64,000 bases of DNA from Epiperipatus broadwayi. Lineage: Eukaryota > Animalia > Onychophora. A model generated the notes under the pieces. The model saw only the letters and a program-made list of their open reading frames with translations, was not told the DNA's origin and made no database searches. The stretch covers positions 14,136,001-14,200,000 of the forward strand of contig JAQFVV010000010.1 of assembly GCA_028023455.1 (NCBI GenBank), written 5' to 3'. The translations under genes and the position numbers were made by a program. How positions within the stretch are numbered: the stretch's first letter is position 1; every line of letters begins with the position of its first letter. This document shows, in pieces, positions 1 to 13,695 of the stretch.

Positions 1-1425
1 TAGTAATTATCATTGAATTTTGAAAAGTTATGACATCAAGTGAAATTAATCAATGTTTGGGTGAAGTATTAACTATGTCAGTTTCATTTTCTAATCAAAT
101 ACAAGTGATAATAATAAGGTATCATTTCTAAAAGCTAATAATCTCTAGAAATCTTAAAGAGAATAAATAGGTGTTCATATTTTATTACAATATTGATAAT
201 CTGACTAGAGATGTGAAGGTTATTTACTAGAAAATGATTTAATTAGAGCGGATTTGAACACTGAAATTGCATCTAAAGTTTAGTATATACATTATGCTTG
301 TATTCAAATAGAAACTGATCTGGGAATCTATTTGGTTTTATCTGATAACCATTGGTTATTCATGCGTAATTCTTATAAATTAATTTGCAAGAAATTCCAT
401 GAATTTTATCTTTTTCAGTATAAGCAGAACTACATAAGATGACAAGGCGGTGTAATCCAAGAGATTGTTAGTACTAAAATGGCAATGGTCTCTCTTCCTT
501 GCTTATCACTTGGCAATAGAAACCTTTTAACATTTTGGTAGAAATGATATGAGTAATTGAAAGTATTACTTGCTAATTTAAAAGCACCGACATTATAGTA
601 CTTTTCAGTGGTGCAGCATGAAATAGTAAAACTAGTCACAATTTGAACAAAATGGACGTTTTTGCCTTTTTGCACATTTTGTCAAACATATTATTTATTT
701 CCCCATTCAATGGTATTAAATTTTCTCTAGATTTGTATTTGATCTCATCATTAAGATGTTATTCGCCTCTTTGGTTTTAACTTCACACATTGTTTGACCT
801 AAATCTAACTGTTCATCTTTCTGCTTTTGCGATATCTGTTTGGATTTCAATTTTTTACTGCTATTAATTCCTACCTAAAGACTGAAAACTTTATAGATCT
901 TAATTTTTTATGAATTTACTGCCGTCACTTATTTATTGAGGCCGATACCTTTTTGGATAATTTCTTGATTTATGGTCAATAACTTTATGGATTTCAATTT
1001 ATGAATTACATGGTTTACTTTTTGAATTCTTGTACTTGTTTGGTTTTGAAATTCATTTTATTATGGAATAATTAAAAAAAAAATTTTCTAAATAAATAAT
1101 ATATTTATGTTTTCAAGTACATTGTTTTTCAATCATTTCTATTTGCAAAAAATATTACTTTCAGGTTTGTTTTCTAAATTATAGTATTTTAATCTTTTCA
1201 CACATATTATTTACTTTTTTATTTAAAACAAAAAATAAAATAAAATTTTATTCTGTTCTACTTTGATATTTATACAGTGGCTCCACCAGTGGATAGAGCA
1301 TACCTGTAATAGATGCTAAAATCCTTTATTATAAAATTCATTCAGCAACTTTAAAATCTAGAAAGGACAAATTTAATTTAGGTTTATTAATTGGGACTTC
1401 TGTTTGCATTTGGATTTTTTTTTTC

Positions 1426-1528
1426 TCTCATGTGTCATAGCATCAGCCGGGAAGCGAACCCACTAACCCGGGACAACTGCTTGTAAAGCAGCTGTCGCTG
1501 ACCTCTCGACATTTGCCATGCTTTTGAT
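1426..1528 (-). mobile_element. Short tRNA-Gly-derived SINE, copy 1
   Basis: Reverse complement aligns with the copies at 11288 and 51759 (GTCGAGAGGTCAGC..CTGCTTTACAAGCAGTTG..GGGTTCGCTTCCCGGCTGATGCTATGACAC). Confidence 0.85.
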
Positions 1529-2785
1529 AATAGTAATTTTTTTTATGAAGTTAAAGCTCAAGATATAGCCACATAAAGAAAACATTTTGTTACATAGTTA
1601 AGCATACTTTTATAAGATCCTGGCTATACTGGCATTAATTATATTAAATAGGTCTATTTATAATTAAATTATTAGCCAACATGAAAATACAAATTCATGT
1701 TAACGATTTCCTTGTCAAGGCAGAATTTCAAATGCAAAAATTACACAAAGCAATATGAATATACTATAGTACCTTCCCACAAACATTCCAATCATTTTTA
1801 CTATAAAAAGTTTTGAATAAATTAATAGCTTCAGACCCTACAAATTTGATTAAAATATTCTTTAATGCTTCTCTTTTATTCGTTCTTATTGAAGACAATC
1901 TAGTTTATTTTTGTTATTGTCTGTTGCATGATAAAAAAGAAGAAAAAAACAGGTCCTGTTACATAAGTTTATCTAGGAATGTCCATATTTTAGATTGGAA
2001 AAAGGTATACCTAAATTTCTGTGGAAATTCATTGAATATAATTAATCAATTAAGAGATGGCATTGGTTTTTCTTTTACACTTTCAATTCTTGATCCTCAT
2101 AAATAGAAAGACTTCTTAGAAAAGCAAGTGACACATTCCAGTTTTTGATTTATTTTCAATTTTTTTTTAAAGAATAAAACAATATTGAGCAATAATATAA
2201 CTTTTCTAGACAATTCTTTAGGCAGCAAAAGTTATCATTTGTTTATATAAATCTTGTTCTAGCATTCAACAGTGATATAATTTGTGAAATCATATTTATC
2301 AATTGGAATAGTAGTAATTAATCCTATCCTTACCATCAGATGTATTCAGTCTATTTGAATCTATATCTTAAATTATTTAGCTTTAAAATAAATTCTTCAG
2401 ATTTGCTTATCAATTTTTTTTTTCAACTTGTCATTTATTTATGCCTTGCTTATATTAATTCTTCCATCACATTTTATATATTCTCTTCATATATTTTTTC
2501 ATTTTTTGTACATATTTTATAGAATTTTTTTTGAGTTTTTTTGAATTCCTTTTGATATTCTTTAGATTTCTTTAGTATTTTCTCATATATTTTATTTTTA
2601 GATGTTTGGGAGACTTTTTCCAATTGCATCAGCATAAAATCTTTTTTTCATTACCATATATTTATTTATCTCAATGTAATACTTTTAAATAAGATTTGAA
2701 ACATTACGACTTTAAACATAATTATTTATAAGTAAAAAATACACCATCAGCAATGTCATATCTTTTTCATCAGAACCATCTACTG

Positions 2786-3153
2786 CAGGGCTCCCCAACC
2801 CTATGCCTGCGGGCACCATGGCGCCCGCAGATCATTTTACGCGTGCCCGCCACTATCCAAACACGATAAAAAATTATTTATCTGATACAAATAAATTTAA
2901 TTTTTAAAATTTCTTATAAATTATTGTATTATATTGTAATCAAATTGTAGGGCATACTATACTTTTACAGTGTAAAAATATAAACGTTAATTATATGTTA
3001 AAATTTTATTTTTGAAATAAATATTTTTTTGTACATTATGTATATTATTAACAATATCCAGCTATAAATTTACATTGAAAAAATAGATGGTGCCCGCCAC
3101 CTGGCGAGTATTATAGAATGTGCTCTTAAGTGCAAAAAGGTTGGGGACCCCTG
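2786..3153. mobile_element. hAT (Charlie-like) MITE
   Basis: 15-bp TIRs CAGGGCTCCCCAACC / GGTTGGGGACCCCTG; perfect 8-bp TSD ATCTACTG (2778-2785, 3154-3161); no ORF. Confidence 0.9.
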
Positions 3154-6100
3154 ATCTACTGTAAACTAAAATATAACGAAGTCATGATATATGCTGTAGT
3201 AGTATACACAACTTTAATTATATGCTATTTTAAAAAAAAAAGTAAATAAACATAAAAAAACATTTGAATTTGTAAATTTAATAAATTTTACAACTAATAA
3301 ATTTTATAATATAGCAATAGCTATTTATTCATACAGGGGTTCTGTGCACGACCATATTCATTAATAAACCTTTTTGGGCGTATGGTGAAAGTTTAGCTTT
3401 ATTATCCTTTCTGCTTTTGATTTGTAATGTTTTTGTCCTCTATTGTAGTCATAAGTTATCAATAAAATGTGAGTTATTATACACCATATCTGATAAACAC
3501 GAGGCGACTTGGAACAAAACACAGTGGATATCATGGCTTCAGTATAATCAATGACCACCTATCTCCAAATCAGTTTCAGACTTTTATTTTTGTCATCAAG
3601 GATTAGAATTCAAAGTTTGTGGCTAATGTGTTTTTACATCTAGCAACCCACCCACACACACTTTATATTATTCAAGATAATAGCTTAAAATTATATATAT
3701 ATAAACATTTCTGGTTATTAGCTGAAAGATGGCTCCCAGCAGAAGTGTAATGATTCCAGTTTACTGATGAAGGCAAGAGTCAGAAACCAAACAATGGCTG
3801 GGTATATTATAGTTTAAAATAGATAGCTGAAGAGTAGAATGAAGAGAATTGCTCTTGAAAGCAGAAATAAAAGATTCACATCTATATATTTTTTTTTCAT
3901 AATATTTGTTTTACTGTCTTACACCCAGAATCTCATGTGTCTATCATTATTTACAAAATCTTATATTTTTTTAAAAAATCTACTCATCATCCATACAAAT
4001 AAATATAACAAACATACATATCAAGTCTGTCATTATTTATACACAGTTTTATTTATGCCTATAAACTACACCTCATTAAAAATAATAACATTAATTTTCC
4101 AGGTAACTCAATTTACAAATTATCTATTGCTATCAGCGTACATCATAAACATAAATTTCTTTTAATCTTTCATGCTTAATTCAAGTTTGTTATTATGCTT
4201 TTCATTTTGATCACCAAAAATTTGAATTACATAAATAAATTATCAAATAACTTATTACTCAGAAGTTCATCAAAAGGTTAAGCATTGGAAGTAAGAGAGT
4301 TGGCATTTTGATGCCCAAAGACTGTCATTCTGCTACTACTTCAAATTATGTAGTGAGAAAAGAAAGATGATAATGATTTAGGTTTTAACATTGAATACAA
4401 ATAGCTAAATTACTGTAAACAGGGAAATTTCTGTCTTAATTCTAACTTTACTTACATCAAATTAATCAAATAATATTATATAAATAAATGGAATTGAAGT
4501 TGTTTAAAATCAATAATAGAATCTATTCGAAATCTTAACTTTGCTAAACCATATTAACAAAACAGTTATAAAAAGTATTACAAAGTAAAACAGCAAAATA
4601 ATATATGGGCTTTCCAATTGATTTGCTATTTGGTAATAGAAATAATATTATATAAACTATTCGTACTCAGTTGAATTTTTAACTCATATTAAACGTATTT
4701 AAAACTCATTAGCAGACATATTAAACCACTTAGTAATGACAATAAGTGTAGTTTATATGTTAACAATTATTATTTAACAATAACAATAATAATTGAATCA
4801 CTTAGTTGTTTGAGAATTTATAAGTTTGTGAGCTGGAATTAACAGATCTGGGTGCAATCCACGAATCTTCACTTGAATCTATAACTCTAATAAACCACTG
4901 CCTTAAGAGTATGCAGGGCAAAAATAGGATTAGAGAAGTAGTTTAATTATTTGTTTTTTATTTATCACTTTTATTATGCCAATAACAAATAGCTGTATTA
5001 ATAGTTATATGTCATTTATAGCATGTACCAAGTTGTGCAGCTTGAAAATGTCCACAATAACAATTGATAACATTTGACATAAACCACTTAAAATTTTGCC
5101 CATGTTTTTATTTCAAACTTATATTAAACATAAGATATTCATCCATTCTATTCTATTTCCTATTCAGTTAATATTACATGAGCACAGAAGATTCTTTCTT
5201 AAGAATTATTTTAAATTCAATCTTTGATGGATGAGGAACAGAAGTTAATTTAAGGTTATTTTTAAGTATTATTTATAAGTTATATTTTAACTTATTGTTA
5301 GAAATTATATTCTATTTATGACACATTTTCTAGTTGTTTAGATAGAAAGTTGAACATCTTGTCTTTGTGGAGTTGGGGGTAGTGTGAATAAGAATAATAC
5401 CTCGATTTTTAGAAATGATTTCTGTATTTTTCTTATACTTAATGAAAATGATTTTTTATTTTTTGTGAGAATCTCATTTGTGAGAACTAGAAAATATGAT
5501 CAACATTGATGAATTTTCTGCATCCTGTTTCTGGAAGAATCACAATGATAGTATTAAATAAAGTAGATGAGATAACTAAATTCTACAAGTTGCTTTCCGT
5601 AAAATTTTGTATTTGCTATTATTATTTACTTAACAGAATGATTTCAATAGAAAAATTTCAAACCAAATCTTAAATTTAAATTAGATCTATAAAGTAATTT
5701 TGAAGGGTATTTCAATATTAGTCATTAAAGATAGATGTTCACAGAAGTCTTATGCTGGCCACTCGGAGTGCTGACAAAGATCTAGTCTTGCTTATTTTGC
5801 AATGTATATATTTTATTAAAAGATTAAAATTGTTCCATTTAAAGGATGTTTTTTTTTGCACAATTTCATATTGAGTCATATTGTTATTTATGTATTTTTT
5901 TCCATTAGTTGAGAAAGATTATGAAGTGTATATGAAATTTATTTAATCATCATACTTTTTTTTTTCATGATGGAAAGGTTTAATTAAGAGGATCATTAAT
6001 CTTATTAATAAAATATAGATTTGATGTCAAATAATTAAATCCTTTCCATTGCTCAAATTAAATACTAAGTAATCATGGAACCATTTTTATAGAAGTCTAT

Positions 6101-7614
6101 ACCTGATGTCATTTTTATGTAAATTAGTATAAACTATTCTCAAACTTATGCCGTTGCAAAATTTCCAGATTTACACTTCAGAAAGTTCATCATACCTTGC
6201 TTTGGATAGTAAACTTTGTGTACATGGAAGTAATTTTGTTTAGTGTTATTTCTGTGGTTAGATTTTTTCTTTAGCTCTTGTTGCGTTTATGTTTGCTTTT
6301 GTATTCTCATATCAGATGTATTTCGTATTTTTGAATTGGTGATTTTAGATATGGTTCTGTAATTTTTGAGGATATGTTTTGTTTTACAATTTTGTTTGAA
6401 CTGATATTTTTGAAGTTGCTTACAATACAATGTATTAATTTTTTGATATGAAAATGATAAAAAAAAAAGGAAATGTTTGATACTTAAAAAAAGTTTCTAT
6501 TATAAAAAAGTTATTTTATATTCAAGATCAAGAATATCTCTTATTAAAGATCTTGAGCTATAGATCTTAACTTTAAATCATATCTTAAAAAAGAAAACTA
6601 AGTATGGTACCGATAATTAAAAGTATAGTCAAATAGTTTGGTACCACATATAATAAAAAGAAAATACAGTAGTCATTTTATGTATGTATAAAGCAGATAG
6701 CATTAAAATAGATTATTGTTCATTTTTAAATAAAAAATCAAATACATCTTTTTATTCTTTCAATGCTTATGTTATTAAAGTTAATCCATCTGATAGTTTT
6801 TTAATACATGTCGGTGAATTGATTTCTTCCATCAAATATACGTATTTATAAAACTATGTTATGAAAGTAAAAAAGTTCTCATATAGATGAATATAAGAAT
6901 AATGTAAATGTTCTTAACAGGATAAAATTGGACTATCTTTGAATCATTTTCTATTCAGAAGGACCCAATACAACATAAATGGATACATAATAATAATGAT
7001 GATGATCATAATAAAGATCACACCATAAAGATTAAATTGCTATTAATTTATAAGAAAAAAACATAGTATTGTAAATTGCATACGATTACTAGAACAAAAT
7101 CTAACCGGATTTTTGTAAGTCAGCACCTTGTTGTATTCTAAAGAAGAAAGTTGTCTTGGAAGAGAAATAAGTAAACATTTTATTATACTTCTAGTAATAT
7201 AATGGAAATATGAAAAGTTTGAACTATTTATTATTGGAAAATTGCACAAATCCAGATACTTCACAAATATAAAAAAACAACAACTCCACCATACTGGCCA
7301 AGGCATAGACAAACGAAGAATTTTGGTAAGCCATTTATCACTTTAAATGGATAACTACAATTGATATATTTTTCTATTTTTAATAGGTGTGCTATCCATT
7401 CCAATGAAACAGAGTTGGCCTTTCTCTGCAAATTATGTAAGCAGTTGCTACTTTTAAATCTCCATCCTTCAGATGTTTTAAGGATTAGTGATATCAAAAG
7501 AATCTAGAATGATCTACAAAAATTTAAAGATTAAATACGAATATAATAATATTTTGCCAAGAGCAATCCAAAATTGATTTAAGAAAACCGGATTATATTT
7601 ACAAAAAAGTGATC

Positions 7615-7898
7615 TTACAAGCGCAGTTTTCATTAGTAATTCTTAATTAGAAGACAATCATCTTTTATCATGTGCTGTTTGGTCATGTTATTAATTCAAC
7701 TATGTTATAGTGAATATGGAGGACACTCCAAATCCAAAATCAAGATAGAGACTTTTAAAAGATAAGAATGGCGGTCTTATCTTTTGTATCTTGTGTTTGG
7801 GTCTGAGAGTGTCCTACATTCTCACTATAACTTCAGTGAGTTAGTTAGTAACATGATTAAACAGTGCAGGAAGAAGACCGATTACTTTCTGATTAAGG
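7615..7898 (-). mobile_element. Fold-back palindrome with one-sided tail (mini PLE-like, family A)
   Basis: Diverged inverted arms about 7641-7745 and 7785-7898; central hairpin AAAAGATAAGA/TCTTATCTTTT; about 26-nt unpaired extension on the left; 11-bp direct repeat AAAAAGTGATC (7604-7614, 7899-7909). Confidence 0.7.
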
Positions 7899-8022
7899 AA
7901 AAAGTGATCACAAAATACGGTGAAAGAGATATCAGCAAATAATTAGTATTTATTCTAGAATATTTTGATTAGAATATATTACTATAGATAAACTAGTAGT
8001 CACCTCACAAATATAAGATTAA

Positions 8023-8279
8023 ACCTCAAAACATCACATGACCACTATCTTCCATGATTGCTCATAACTGTTGTTAAAATAGGCAAAACTCTCTCCATAC
8101 AATAGTGCCACTCTAAGCAAGACAGAATAATCAATGGATGCCAGAAGGTTTGTGCATAAAATCCCTATCTAGTGCCTACTCATCCAATATCCCCAAATTA
8201 GTTTCTGGCTTATGGCCTTCGTCAGTGAGGAACCTTGCTTACAGTGGCACTACTGTATGGAGAGAGTTTTGCCTATTTT
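8023..8279 (-). mobile_element. Fold-back palindrome with tail and hammerhead-like core (mini PLE-like, family C)
   Basis: About 48-bp inverted arms (AAAATAGGCAAAACTCTCTCCATAC.. / ..GTATGGAGAGAGTTTTGCCTATTTT); about 50-nt extension on the left; 14-bp TSD AAATATAAGATTAA (8009-8022, 8280-8293); core homologous to 61901-62156. Confidence 0.85.
8190..8231 (-). ncRNA. Minimal type I hammerhead ribozyme-like motif (variant)
   Basis: Minus strand reads UCCUCA-CUGACGA-A-GGC-CAUAA-GCC-A-GAAAC-UA-AUU-UGGGGA: 6-bp stem I, CUGAnGA and GAAA cores, 3-bp stem II; stem III and cleavage triplet imperfect. Confidence 0.6.
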
Positions 8280-8290
8280 AAATATAAGAT

Positions 8291-8395
8291 TAATTATAAA
8301 TTTATTAAACGCACATTGATTACGTAAGTAATATTTACTGAGGCTATAACCTCGATAATATGCGTGTAAAAATACGATAGTAGGGACCTCTACAT
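8291..8395 (-). mobile_element. Single-arm fragment of family D
   Basis: Aligns with 31071-31175 (TAATTATAAATTTATT.AACGCACATTGATTACGTAAGTAATATTTACT..GG..GTAGGGACCTCTAC). Confidence 0.8.
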
Positions 8396-10789
8396 TGTAG
8401 GGATAAATATGGTTGAAGGAGGGGGGGGGATTAGATGAAGATGTAATCCCAACATCTGCAGAAGAGAATGTTTCCTTGGAAGTATTAAAAAAAAGATTAC
8501 ATAACTGTAACTTAAAATCGAAAATTTAAAAATCATTTAGAGTTGAGAAAATATTTGTAAATTCAAAACGGGGGGGGGGGGTTTCAATTTGAAAAGTAAA
8601 AATAATGACCCACTTTTCTTTACAAAGCTCTGAGCAAAAAGGCATATTGCAAATGTATGTAATATATATACTTGTAATTTGAATAATATTGCCTTTTAGA
8701 TTTTTTCATCATTTTATATCTTTTTAATTTTTTTTTGGAAAAGAAAAAAATCTGAGTAACGTAACAATCTTCATATTTGGAGATTGCTAGAATGTATATG
8801 TCACTATATAAAAGTAGGCACACCGCTGCAATTTTCTTGTATTATTATCCAAATTATATTATTTTTGACCTTCATCATCAGTAAATTCAATATTTGAAAT
8901 CTTTTTTTGTAATCCGCGAATCTTAGCAATATGGGGATTACTGTATGGTTATCTATAATATTAACATTTATTTAAGGATAAATATTTTTTAAAGTTATTG
9001 AATAATTCTTAAGTCTCTATATAGTAGTATGACTGTTTATCTGCACATTTACGTAAGTTTTCTTTTAAAGAAATTAAGTATATGAATTAATAAAAAGGGA
9101 GATAGATATCTTTTGAATTTTAAAGTATGCATTTCCTTAATTTTTGCTATGGAAATGTGTGCTGTTAATATTCAATTAATGAATGCAACTCAAAAATGAT
9201 CAGAATATTTTTTTTCTTTTGAGATGGTTTAAAGACTATTTTTCTCATTGAAATAAATTTTTTATTGCTTTCGTTGTAAGTGTTGACCAAATTTTAGAAT
9301 TTATATATACATAGTTGTATATTTATATTCTAGCGTTGTTTTCCTAAAGCTATTGTTATTTGTTTCTCATTTTTTAAATTATCTTTTTAAATAACACAAA
9401 AATTATTCTTTTATATATGAATAGGTAAAATTTACACATTAAATACCAAAACAAATCTTCACATATTGCGTAGCTTACATTTAACACTTTCACAGGGGCG
9501 CACCGAAGTTGTTTACTATCAGCATGCATTCTTTTTATATCAACTGTTTGCTTTTCAGTCATTGAAAAACTAATGAAAATAAGTTCAATTCATATATACA
9601 TATCTAATGAAACCATTTCTTTGTTAGTTCAGAAAATAAGGCGCATTGTCTGGTCTTTTAATGAACTCTATGGTAATTGGCTGAAAAATGTCCAATGCTT
9701 TTTTAACTATTGGAGTCAATTTATTTATTTGATGCCTGTATAGATAACTTTTTTTTTTGAGCCATAACTCAATCAGTGGATTTTCTTATTACATTTAAAA
9801 TTAAAGTATAAAAATTTTGTTCTAACAGGTATAAAAATCTGCATTGAAAATATAATAATTTAAAAGATTACTAAATTTAAAAAATGGCTCAGGCTTAAAT
9901 CAAATTAACAAGAAAATTAAAGACTGGTATAAAAAACAGCAATAAACAGTAGTCCATTTTAAATTGAAATATGGCAATGTGTGTAGTAAGGATCGAATAT
10001 GAAAATAAAAGACTCATTTAGAGAATTAAATATATAGAATTCTAGATGTTTTGAATCAAATTCTAATGCCTTATTGAAATGCACACCTAAGAAACAGTAT
10101 GTGGAATGTTAAAGTGGTAACTTCTAATGCATTAAGACTGCAATGAATCAGGATTTTGCTCAGATCAAGGGGAAAACAATTTTAGAGTATTTTGTAACTT
10201 CAGTGAAAGATTAGGTCAACAAACCATCATCAGTTAAATGTGGAAAGTGTTTGATGACATAGTATGGTCAAAGGTTTAAAAGTTCCTATATGATTCCAGA
10301 GTTTTTCTCCTATAGAATAAGGTAAGATGCATTTTGCCATTGCATTTGTCTACCCTGAGCATGACTGTTATCATGATATATTATAGGAAACTACAATAGC
10401 GTTATTTTTTTTATCCCAATCTTTAGCAGGTTCTACTTCGTTGGGAGAGTGATCAACAGCAATTTCAAGAATCTTTTAACACTATAATGATGTCTTTGCA
10501 TTCCCATTATTTTGTCCAAAAAACTAGAAAATGGAAGAAAACAAAGTATTCAGCAGTGTTGACTGCTTGAAATCCACAGCATTCTTTTCTAACTTTGCCA
10601 TTGAATGACCCCTCCCCACCTCCCCTAAAGATGTAATGTTAATACAGCTATCACCAATTGGGTTATAATTTTCATTAAGAGAACTCAAGTACATTTTCTG
10701 AATTCTGTAAAATAGTATGTAAAAGAGTTAATGGTAGTATAAAAAAGTATAATCATGAATTGGTAAGGAAAACTACAGAAGGAAACAAT

Positions 10790-11130
10790 ATAGATGTCTC
10801 AAATACATACACAATATCCTGTTTTTGGAATCTGAAAGTTATTTCAACAATAAAAAAAAAAAAGATGGTACTATTAAAATGAGAGAAAACATGAAGTGTC
10901 TAAAAGAACTCTATAATGAACTATATAGCATTAAAGAATAAAGATGTAGAAGCTTAAAAATATATATCTTAAAGGTCAGTGAATAGAGAAATTCCTGGCA
11001 AAACTATATATCGAAGCCTAAATGATATGTAGTAAATGATTGGAAGAAAATAGTAATGATATTGATACTTAAAAAAGAAGATATTCAAAATGACAATTCT
11101 ATACAAAAATCTTTATTGAGACTATTATAA
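10790..11130 (+). mobile_element. Highly degenerate RTE LINE fragment
   Basis: Patchy similarity to 54600-55010 of the full-length RTE (e.g. GATGGTACTATTAAAATGAGAGA vs GATGGAATTATTACTAAAAAGAGAGA). Boundaries approximate. Confidence 0.5.
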
Positions 11131-11287
11131 CTCGTCTATAGCTAATTTGGAGCTAATTTTGGACTCTGTCCTACCAAGAGTCAGAACACATTTTTTTCTT
11201 GTTGGCGCTGCCATTTGGTCTTTTTTAATTATAGTCTTTGTGTTTGTGTAAATAATTAATTCTAGTTATGCAGAATTGATTAATAAT

Positions 11288-11377
11288 ATCAAGCATTGGT
11301 GGTCTAGAGGTCATCTGCTTTACAAGCAGTTGACCCAGGTTAGCGGGTTCGCTTCCCGGCTGATGCTATAACACATG
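11288..11377 (+). mobile_element. Short tRNA-Gly-derived SINE, copy 2
   Basis: GCATTGGTGGTC..GGTTCGCTTCCCGGCTGATGC; flanked by a 13-16 bp direct repeat (AG)AATTGATTAATAAT (11272-11287, 11378-11393). Confidence 0.85.
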
Positions 11378-11944
11378 AGAATTGATTAATAATGCAAATT
11401 TTACGTATTATATTCTGTATTATTTTTTAATTTTTATTTTTTAAAAAGAAATCAAATAAATAACTTCTAGTTTATGCTATTCATTCTTAAATTCTTTTTT
11501 TTTTTTTTTAAATAAAATTATTTTTTCATTATTATCATTTTTTGTATAATTTATTTAGATTGTCAAATGATTGATCACCACACATTTTAAATCAGATTCC
11601 CCCCCCCCCCCATTTCTTTTTTTTCTACATTAGTAAGAAAAATGGGTGGGAGTTGGGGGGGGGGGGAGTGAATTTGTGCTTTTACTTCAATAAAGAAGAA
11701 AATGGAAAGAGGACTGTTAAATATTATTATAATCTTAATAAAATTTTATTCTTAGTGCTATCCTAAGTGAATCATATTGTGAAATAGCTAATAAATTTTT
11801 GCAGTGCAAATAAGAAAAAATTGCCTTGACGCGATATACAATACAATATAGTTAAAATCATCCAGTGAATCAATAAAAAAATTAAAAATAGCACTATCAG
11901 CAGTGGTAGTCTTAACAATCAAATGAAAATTATTAAAATAGTAT

Positions 11945-13425
11945 CACCGTCATTTTCAGCAATTATTGATCCACAGCACGATGATCTCTCGAAGTTCAAT
12001 CCATCTCCAATCTCTAGTCTCCCTTCTCCACATTATCTCAACACACCTTATTTCATCCATCCATCTCACGTGTGATCTCTTTCTAGGTCTTTTACAATTT
12101 TTGAAATCTAGCTTAAGATCTGTTCATCTATTATTTCTTTTAGCTATATGTCCAGTCCAATTCTGCTTCATTTTCGTAGTTCTTTCAGTGATGTCTGAAA
12201 CACCTGTTTATTCTCTCAAACATGCATTTCATTTTCAGTCTTTTCTTGTTACTTCCAATATGCATTGCTTCAGACTTCATTAAGTGGTCTGAAGTCTTTG
12301 TATTGCTCTTCTATTGTCCAAGTCTCAGATCCATAAATAAGAACTAGTAAAACACATGTATTAAAAATCTTTTTTTTCAAACACATAGGCATATTTCCTT
12401 TTAATATTATTTCTTCTAAAAGCACTCCAACCAAGTTTGATTCTATGGTTAATTTTATTCATTATGTTTCCATACATACTAATTATAATAAACTAAAGAT
12501 TAGCCTTTCAAGCTAACGTACATGTGCCTTTTACGACTGTTAATAATAATAAATGAATACTTTCATTTCCAACACAAGATAAAGTCTTTGTGAACGAATA
12601 AATGAAGTGCATGTATGTTAGCTTGAAAGGCTAATCTTTAGTTTATTACAATTTATAAACATAGCGCTATATAAATAAATGCCTCATTTACATACTAATT
12701 ATGTAACCATGTATTTATAATTGCTAACTTCTTCTAACTCATCATTAACAATCTATATTTTATTTTTTGAGAAAATTCATTAAACATTCTTTTTAGTTAC
12801 CTTTAATCCTATTTTTTTTACTTTCACATGATAACTCTTGCAACATTTTCCTGAAGCTCTGAACATTATTTGCAAAAACAATTATATCATCTACAAAACC
12901 CAGATCTCTTAAATTAGTTACCATTTATGTTTACTCCATTAGTTTCTCATTTTAATCCACAAAATACTTCTTGCAAAACTGCTATAAAAAGTTTTGGAGA
13001 TATGGAGTTACCCTGTCACATATCCTTCTCAAAATTAATCTTTTTAGTATCATTATATAATCTAATTGTTGTTGCATTTTATAAATATTTTTCAGAATAT
13101 GATAACATCCTGGGTCTATACCTGGAAGATCCAATGCTTTAGTCACTTGAAGAAATGCTTATAGAACAAAATACTTTTTTATAATCTACAAATCCAAAGC
13201 ATAATGGCAACTCATATTGATTATTCCTTTCTATAACTTCTTTCAATATTTGAATATGATTCACTGTACTACAAACATTTAAGTCCAGCTTGTTCTTTTG
13301 GTTAGTTAAAATCCAAAGTTCGCTATAGATGAATTGTAATTATTTTGGTAAAATTTTTTGTACAGAACTGGTAAAAGACTGACAGATCTATAATTTCTAA
13401 TATCTTTTTTATCATATTTTTATAA
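11945..13425 (-). mobile_element. 5'-truncated degenerate RTE LINE (RT and C-terminal region), interrupted by a palindromic insertion
   Basis: Reverse complement is collinear with about 54960-56270 once 12487-12688 and one repeat copy are removed. Boundaries approximate. Confidence 0.85.
12487..12688 (+). mobile_element. Fold-back palindrome with one-sided tail (mini PLE-like, family E) inserted in an RTE relic
   Basis: About 45-bp arms AATAAACTAAAGATTAGCCTTTCAAGCTAAC / GTTAGCTTGAAAGGCTAATCTTTAGTTTATT; about 33-nt tail on the right; 14-bp TSD TACATACTAATTAT (12473-12486, 12689-12702). Confidence 0.85.
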
Positions 13426-13604
13426 ATAACAAATTTCACCGACGTCATTCATTCAGACATCGTATATAGTAATTTAAAGTGAGTGGTTCATCCTCACGCT
13501 TTCATTGCCAGTACTTCAGATTCGCTCATATATAAGCATTTGAGTTGTAGAAATAAGTGGATTCATTTTATTCCTGCATAAATACTATATCTTATTTTGG
13601 AGAG

Positions 13605-13695
13605 GAATGTATTCATTTATTATTATTAACACTCGCAAAAGCGTATGCACAATTAGCTTGAAAAGGCTGATATTTGAATGTAATAAATAACAAAT
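13605..13695 (+). mobile_element. Diverged single-orientation relative of family E
   Basis: GTATTCATTTATTATTATTAACA..TTAGCTTGAAAAGGCTGAT matches the reverse complement of 12490-12560. Confidence 0.65.

Noticed and set aside
7043-7497. Two minus-strand ORFs as a gene or LINE fragment
   Set aside because: Faint resemblance to the C-terminal part of an L1-type RT (LPKF, LPRQL) but too degenerate to support a call.
12493-12527. Hammerhead-like CTAAAGA-TTAGC..GCTAA-CGTAC in the family E arm
   Set aside because: Both cores are mutated, and the orientation is opposite to that of the hammerheads in families B and C relative to the tail.
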